In this document: in pieces, positions 59,446-64,000 of the stretch | Layout: the number at the start of each line of letters is the position of its first letter | Numbering within the stretch: the first letter of the stretch is position 1 | Assembly: GCA_002397465.1 (NCBI GenBank) | Contig: DHAP01000002.1 | Coordinates: 1,509 to 65,508, forward strand | Reading direction: 5' to 3' | Origin: Bacillales bacterium UBA4951 | GTDB taxonomy: Bacteria > Bacillota_I > Bacilli_A > RFN20 > CAG-826 | Length of the DNA stretch: 64,000 nt | The notes under the pieces: generated by a model | The model's database searches: none | What the model was told of the DNA's origin: nothing | The model's input: the letters and a program-made list of their open reading frames with translations, nothing else | Program-made: the position numbers and the translations under genes

Positions 59446-60894
59446 TTAGTTTTGATGAAGGCTATTTTTGGTTTTTGCAGGATCCCATTCTTCTCCGGTT
59501 ACCGTATCTAGATCCATGCCTTTGGTCTCACCGACGTTTTTGCAAAGAAGAATTAAGGCAATCACCATGCCAGGAATCGCCACGAGGAAGTATAAGAGAC
59601 CAAGATATTGCTCTGGTGTGAATAACTGACATACCATGGCGATTCCTTGGCCAAATAAACCTCCGACGAAGAATATCAGCGCTTCAACGGTGGTGCAGGA
59701 GCTTCTTAAGTTAGTGGGGGCGCTTTCGCCGATCATGATTGAGTCGATGGTGTCACCGGCTGACCAATAGGATCCGACAAAGGCTCCGGCGAAGAAACCC
59801 ATCAGCATGGCCGGGAACTTGACCATGGTGCCGGTGAAGAACAAGGCGTAGGAAACTATGGCTACGCAGGTCATGACGATCGCGGATGGTTTACGGCCCC
59901 ATTTGTCGCTGATGAAACCCATCATGATGGTGAAGATGGCGTTTCCGACCGGGTAGAGATAAAGGGCTTGGGTTATTTCCTCCTCATTCATCATGGCACT
60001 CTTGCTCATGACGCTTTGATAGGTCGAGGTGGCGACCGAGGAAATCAGAAAGAAGAAACAGACGATCATGAGATTACGCATTTGCTTATGCTTGAACGAG
60101 AACTGGAATCCGGCCTTGATTCCGCCCTGGGCATGGAGGGCTTTATCGGCTTTCTCATCCATCAATCTCTCTTCGTCGCTCTTCTTTAGGTAGGCGATGC
60201 GGTGGTTGAGGAAGGTGGTGCTCTCCCGGGCCGTCAATAAGGCCAACAAAGAAGCCACGAAGCCAAAGATGGCGGGCACTAGATAGACAAGGTGCCATTT
60301 GCTTGAATCATTGCCCATGAAGATGGTACGGCACAAAGGCACTAAGAGAGTCCCCAATACCGCGATGCCTTTGATCAAAGAATAGATGATGGCCCGTTTG
60401 TTTTTAGGGGCCGTTTCCATGATGTAGATGACATGGACGTCATGGGTGACGAAGAAGGTGATGATGGTGGCGCCTATCATATAGACCACGATGTCCTTTG
60501 AGAGATAAATCACGAACATCCCGACGCCCATCATCAAGGTGTTGAAGACGAGGAATGGTTTGCGGCCCCATTTATCCGCCAAAGGCTTGTAGAGCAAAAC
60601 GAAAACAAGAGGGACGGAGGCGATGAACCCTATTGTTTGAAAAAGGCTGAGGCCGCTCGAATAATTCATGCCCATGTTCGTCACAAAGAAATCGGTGACG
60701 ATGTTCGACTGAAACTGATTCGAGATGTTGCTGGCTATCTCATCGGTGATATAAGCGAGGGAGATGACCAAGAACAAATAATAGAGATAGAGCTTAGGCA
60801 AAGGCCTGGCGAGATCTTTCTCTCGTCGAACGAGTTCTTTTTGCTCACGAAGATGACGTTTTTCTTTGTGTTCCGGAGTCTCTTCTTTTTTCAT
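59446..60894 (-). CDS. MFS transporter
   Basis: Start set at ATG 60894 (MKKEETPEHK). About 12 TM. MFS loop motif (LADKWGRKP, repeated as SDKWGRKP in the second half). Confidence 0.85.
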   Translation of the reverse strand: MKKEETPEHKEKRHLREQKELVRREKDLARPLPKLYLYYLFLVISLAYITDEIASNISNQFQSNIVTDFFVTNMGMNYSSGLSLFQTIGFIASVPLVFVLLYKPLADKWGRKPFLVFNTLMMGVGMFVIYLSKDIVVYMIGATIITFFVTHDVHVIYIMETAPKNKRAIIYSLIKGIAVLGTLLVPLCRTIFMGNDSSKWHLVYLVPAIFGFVASLLALLTARESTTFLNHRIAYLKKSDEERLMDEKADKALHAQGGIKAGFQFSFKHKQMRNLMIVCFFFLISSVATSTYQSVMSKSAMMNEEEITQALYLYPVGNAIFTIMMGFISDKWGRKPSAIVMTCVAIVSYALFFTGTMVKFPAMLMGFFAGAFVGSYWSAGDTIDSIMIGESAPTNLRSSCTTVEALIFFVGGLFGQGIAMVCQLFTPEQYLGLLYFLVAIPGMVIALILLCKNVGETKGMDLDTVTGEEWDPAKTKNSLHQN

Positions 60895-61438
60895 GGTCCG
60901 ATAAAACTCCCAAGGGGATTGCCATAGCCTAAAGCAAGCGGGCTTAGACGTATGATATTTGACAAAAGCAATTATACAAAAGCATTTACATGCTGTTAAT
61001 AGAAACACTACCAAATCATTGGTCGAAAGCGTCTTAACAAAGTCAGAATAGTCGCTGTTATTATTTAAAAAAGTCCGATGGTTGCTAACGTATCATTTTT
61101 GATTTCTTTGAACAAAAGCAATAATGCGCATTTATGACCAATGTGTGCCTTCTATAAAAAAGCCTCCGCGATTCAATAACGGAGGCACTGGATGATCTAC
61201 TTAGTCCTTAGCTCTCAACGACCTCGATGTTTTTGATTAGGATTTCGTTTCCTTCTTTTAACACCGTGTCCTCGCTTTCGAGGCTCCGGAAGAATACCGT
61301 TCAACCTTGAAAGCAAATACGTTGAACACCTATTTTCGGAACAGTTATCAAATCAGCCAATTAGACTATAAGAAAATGACTTCTTTGATGCATGACAAAC
61401 ACGTTTCCACTTTCGCCAAATAGAATATCAGTGGCGGG

Positions 61439-62329
61439 CTATCCGTCTTTCTTTTCGTTTTGGGCCAAGCGGTAACTCTTGGGGCTGATCCCTTTTTCCT
61501 CTTTGAATCTCTCGCTGAAATAAGAGGGATTCTCAAAGCCCACTTCCGAAGCTATCTCGCTGATGTTCTTAGTGGGGTCTCTTAATAACTCCGAGCTTTT
61601 TTCGATGCGGTAGGAGTTTAGATAGCTCATCGGCGTGGTCTCCAAGAAAGAGACGAACAGCCTTGTGGCATATCCTTTGCTGAGCGAGGCCGAAGAGGCG
61701 ATGGACTCCACGTCGAGTTTCTCTTTGTAGTTGGCGTAGATGAAGGAAAGCATCTTCTTGACCAAGAGGGCTTTTGAAGAAGAAGTGACTTTGGGCAAGT
61801 TTTCTTCTTTCTTCATAATGACGAAACTAGACCAAAAGGAGTAGAGGTCGGATAAGGCCAATAACTGATAAGGCCCTTCTTTCTTATCCATGACTTCCAT
61901 GATGGAACGGGCTTTTTGATATAAGGGCAAACATTCTTCCTTAGTGAACTTGATGTAAGGAAGATTCTCGTTTTGAAGAAAAGAGGAGACGAACTCATCC
62001 TTCACCGGGGTGGATGATTCTAGAAGTGAGGGCAAGAAAACCAAACAGATGTACTCACTATCGACGCCATCGGGGCTGTAGCCGAAGTGGGGGTGCTTGG
62101 CATTAACGAAGATCCCTTCACCCTCTTTCAAAGGTATCTTGATGCCATCGACAGAATAGGATGGATGGCCTTTCTCGACGAAGAAGAACTCGAATTCCTG
62201 ATGCCAATGGCAAAGGACTCTTTTAAAAGGATACAAAGAAAGGGTGAAGCGTTTGGACGACAAAGGGAAATCCGCTTCCTCATAGGGGACGATTTCGGAT
62301 TGATCTGGCATCACGAGTATTTCATTCAT
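61439..62329 (-). CDS. AraC-family transcriptional regulator (cupin + HTH)
   Basis: 296 aa with C-terminal AraC HTHs (VESIASSASLSKGYATRLF ... NPSYFSERFKEEKGISPKSY). Confidence 0.85.
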   Translation of the reverse strand: MNEILVMPDQSEIVPYEEADFPLSSKRFTLSLYPFKRVLCHWHQEFEFFFVEKGHPSYSVDGIKIPLKEGEGIFVNAKHPHFGYSPDGVDSEYICLVFLPSLLESSTPVKDEFVSSFLQNENLPYIKFTKEECLPLYQKARSIMEVMDKKEGPYQLLALSDLYSFWSSFVIMKKEENLPKVTSSSKALLVKKMLSFIYANYKEKLDVESIASSASLSKGYATRLFVSFLETTPMSYLNSYRIEKSSELLRDPTKNISEIASEVGFENPSYFSERFKEEKGISPKSYRLAQNEKKDG

Positions 62330-62380
62330 TAGGTATATGATATTCCAAAAAGTTGTTTTGTTATAGTTTTAGGCACAAAG

Positions 62381-62671
62381 ATGAAAGATAACTATTCTAT
62401 AAGTCATTATTCTTGTGGCATGGAAAACAAAGCACTTGAACCACAAAACCAAATCAAAAACATCATCACCTCGAAGGAATTCCTCATGACTCCGGCCTGG
62501 GGAGAGTTCTTCTACTACGCGAAAGACAGAGACTTCCTGATGGATCTATATGACTCCTTGCTTGATGAGGGATTTCATTCCCTCGAACAGCCTCATGAGG
62601 TCTTCTCCGACATCTTCGTGGCAAGGCTCATCGATCCGAGCGGACGTCACATCTTCCTTAGAAGCGTCTGA
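62381..62671 (+). CDS. small hypothetical protein (weak VOC-like C-terminal pattern)
   Basis: 96 aa. The C-terminal ARLIDPSGRHIFL resembles the last strand of glyoxalase-fold proteins. The RBS is weak. Confidence 0.35.
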   Translation: MKDNYSISHYSCGMENKALEPQNQIKNIITSKEFLMTPAWGEFFYYAKDRDFLMDLYDSLLDEGFHSLEQPHEVFSDIFVARLIDPSGRHIFLRSV

Positions 62672-62682
62672 GGTAGGAACGT

Positions 62683-62725
62683 AAAAAGCCATCAGCAGGC
62701 ACAAGGCTTGTTGATGGCTTTTTTC
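62683..62725. terminator. bidirectional intrinsic terminator
   Basis: AGCCATCA (62687-62694) pairs with TGATGGCT (62712-62719), flanked by AAAAA and TTTTTT. Confidence 0.75.
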
Positions 62726-62737
62726 TCTCGTTAGAAA

Positions 62738-63187
62738 TTATTTGGAAGGGGACGTTTCTAATGAGGCTTCGCTGGTTGGATAGGCGAAGAAGGTGGAGAC
62801 GATGTTGATTATAAGTGCTATCAGCATCGTGGCAATCGTGACTGGGAACATGGCTGTAAGCGGGGCCGCGCTCATCTTGGAGAGCATGGCGAAGAGCCAG
62901 CTGATCCTTCCGACGATGAAGAGACCTAACGACAGGGCATATAAGGCAGTCTGAACGATTCCGATAATGGACAGCAAGTACGACTTCTCCGGAAGTTTGA
63001 TGTAGATGTAGATCGACAGAACCTCCAAGAGAATCGGGATGAGCAAGACGCCATAAACGGCGTTGGCTTGGACTCCGTTCTCGCCGTTTCCGCTTTCGAT
63101 GAGGAAGAAGATGTAGGCCAGTATCCCGACCAAAGCGGCAATGGACGAGATCAGAATCGGCTTATTCTTCACTATTTTGGCAAACAT
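62738..63187 (-). CDS. small 4-TM membrane protein coupled to the second GH3 gene
   Basis: 149 aa with four hydrophobic helices. It starts 2 nt after the GH3 stop. Same size and topology as 29439-29876. Confidence 0.6.
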   Translation of the reverse strand: MFAKIVKNKPILISSIAALVGILAYIFFLIESGNGENGVQANAVYGVLLIPILLEVLSIYIYIKLPEKSYLLSIIGIVQTALYALSLGLFIVGRISWLFAMLSKMSAAPLTAMFPVTIATMLIALIINIVSTFFAYPTSEASLETSPSK

Positions 63188-63189
63188 GA

Positions 63190-64000
63190 TTATTCAGTCT
63201 CCTTTTCTTTTCCGTCTTTCTTTTTGAGATAGCTGTAGACATAGAGTCCGATGAATCCGACTGCTAAGACGCCGAGTCCGATGTCAATTCCTAGCAAGGT
63301 TGAGCTCCACCAAGGAGTCACCGTGACGAAGACGGTGTCGCTGGAGTAGCCGTTGCAGTCGTTGGAGTTAGCCCAGAGATAGAGCTGACGCTTGGCGCTC
63401 TTGCGCATGGCGTTGGCCATCTCAGGGTTGGACAAGACGAGTTCGGCGGTTCCGAAGATTCCGCTGTAGTCGAAGGTTCCGCCCCAGAAGAACGAGCAGA
63501 AGGTGTCAGTTCCATTAACGACGGATCTGGCACCGTACATGATGGTGTTTTGAGCCATATCCGTCATGTTGGCGGAAGACTCACAACCCCATTCAGTGCG
63601 GATGAGATCCTCTAAGGCCTCAGTGCTGTAAGCGGCCTGGATGACGCCATAACGGGTGAACGAGGTCATGTAACGCTTGGCCCCGGCTTTCCTGAAGGCG
63701 CCTTCGGTGGATCTGAACTGATTCTCTCTCATCGCGGCTTCGTTGCTGAAGACCGCAAGGCCAAGACGATTGGTTTCCTGGTCGTTTCCACAAACGTGCT
63801 TAAGCCAGGCACATCCGCCTTTCGACTGGATGCCAACGGTTTCCTCATAGCCCATGATGTAGCCGAGGTTGCCGTCTTCGCTATAGTACTCAGCGTTACG
63901 TCCGCTATAGGCGGTGCGGTGGTTGTTGACGCCGATTTCCTGACCTGTGCAGTGGCACCATAAGGTGTCTTCACCGAAGATCTCTCCCATCCGGCGGGCA
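63190..64000 (-). CDS. GH3 glycosidase, C-terminal catalytic part with TM anchor (5' end outside the window)
   Basis: GRNAEYYSEDGNLGY, KHVCGNDQETNR, YMTSFTRYG and a terminal TM plus KKKDGKEKETE tail parallel the last 270 aa of the GH3 at 26303-29437. Confidence 0.8.
   Translation of the reverse strand, partial: ARRMGEIFGEDTLWCHCTGQEIGVNNHRTAYSGRNAEYYSEDGNLGYIMGYEETVGIQSKGGCAWLKHVCGNDQETNRLGLAVFSNEAAMRENQFRSTEGAFRKAGAKRYMTSFTRYGVIQAAYSTEALEDLIRTEWGCESSANMTDMAQNTIMYGARSVVNGTDTFCSFFWGGTFDYSGIFGTAELVLSNPEMANAMRKSAKRQLYLWANSNDCNGYSSDTVFVTVTPWWSSTLLGIDIGLGVLAVGFIGLYVYSYLKKKDGKEKETE

Noticed and set aside
61208-61300. A minus-strand 30-codon open frame (..FFRSLESEDTVLKEGNEILIKNIEVVES) between the AraC gene and a downstream hairpin, considered as a gene remnant.
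   Set aside because: It has no start codon and I recognise no family. It is too short to support as a pseudogene without a database hit.

Overview
This 64-kb chromosomal window comes from a low-to-moderate GC, Gram-positive-type bacterium (Bacillota or Mycoplasmatota-like). It uses the standard genetic code: TGA, TAA and TAG all end recognisable genes. All product calls rest on motifs I recognise by eye in the supplied translations, with no database search. Most of the window is ordinary but accessory-flavoured chromosome:
- a Fic protein, a PAP2 phosphatase and a peroxiredoxin;
- two ECF sigma / membrane anti-sigma-like pairs;
- a FecCD-type ABC importer operon ending in a SAM methyltransferase, next to a TetR regulator;
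- a long minus-strand operon: a giant Ig-like-repeat surface protein, a membrane protein with a uL15-like C-terminal domain, another membrane protein and an MscS-type channel;
- an acetyltransferase/VOC/nitroreductase cluster with an AraC regulator;
- a LytTR two-component system;
- a large beta-glucoside block: GH3, two GH2, two GH94-type phosphorylases, LacI and a sugar ABC transporter;
- rarA, an MFS transporter and several lipoproteins.

Exported proteins here are anchored by lipobox cysteines or transmembrane (TM) segments, and I saw no LPXTG motifs.

The most unusual region is 46895-56589, a 9.7-kb island inserted in the 3' end of tRNA-Leu(UAG).
- It is bounded by a perfect 53-bp direct repeat, yet has no recognisable integrase.
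- It contains a second, heterologous tRNA-Leu 3' half with its own terminator.
- Next to both downstream tRNA-half copies sit homologous GTCCGC-hexamer / nested-hairpin arms.
- Three 23-bp iteron-like repeats lie next to a DUF4143 ATPase gene.
- It carries a triplicated small-protein family (one copy frameshifted), IS30-like and ISLre2-like transposases, and an AP2-domain gene interrupted by an in-frame TGA.

Other points of note:
- a single in-frame TAA splits the 1333-codon surface-protein gene;
- a domain-permuted, TM-anchored GH3 is paired with a small 4-TM protein, and this pair occurs twice;
- there are LytTR-type and LacI-type operator candidates, a promoter-to-terminator 50-aa orphan gene, and a probable leaderless rarA.
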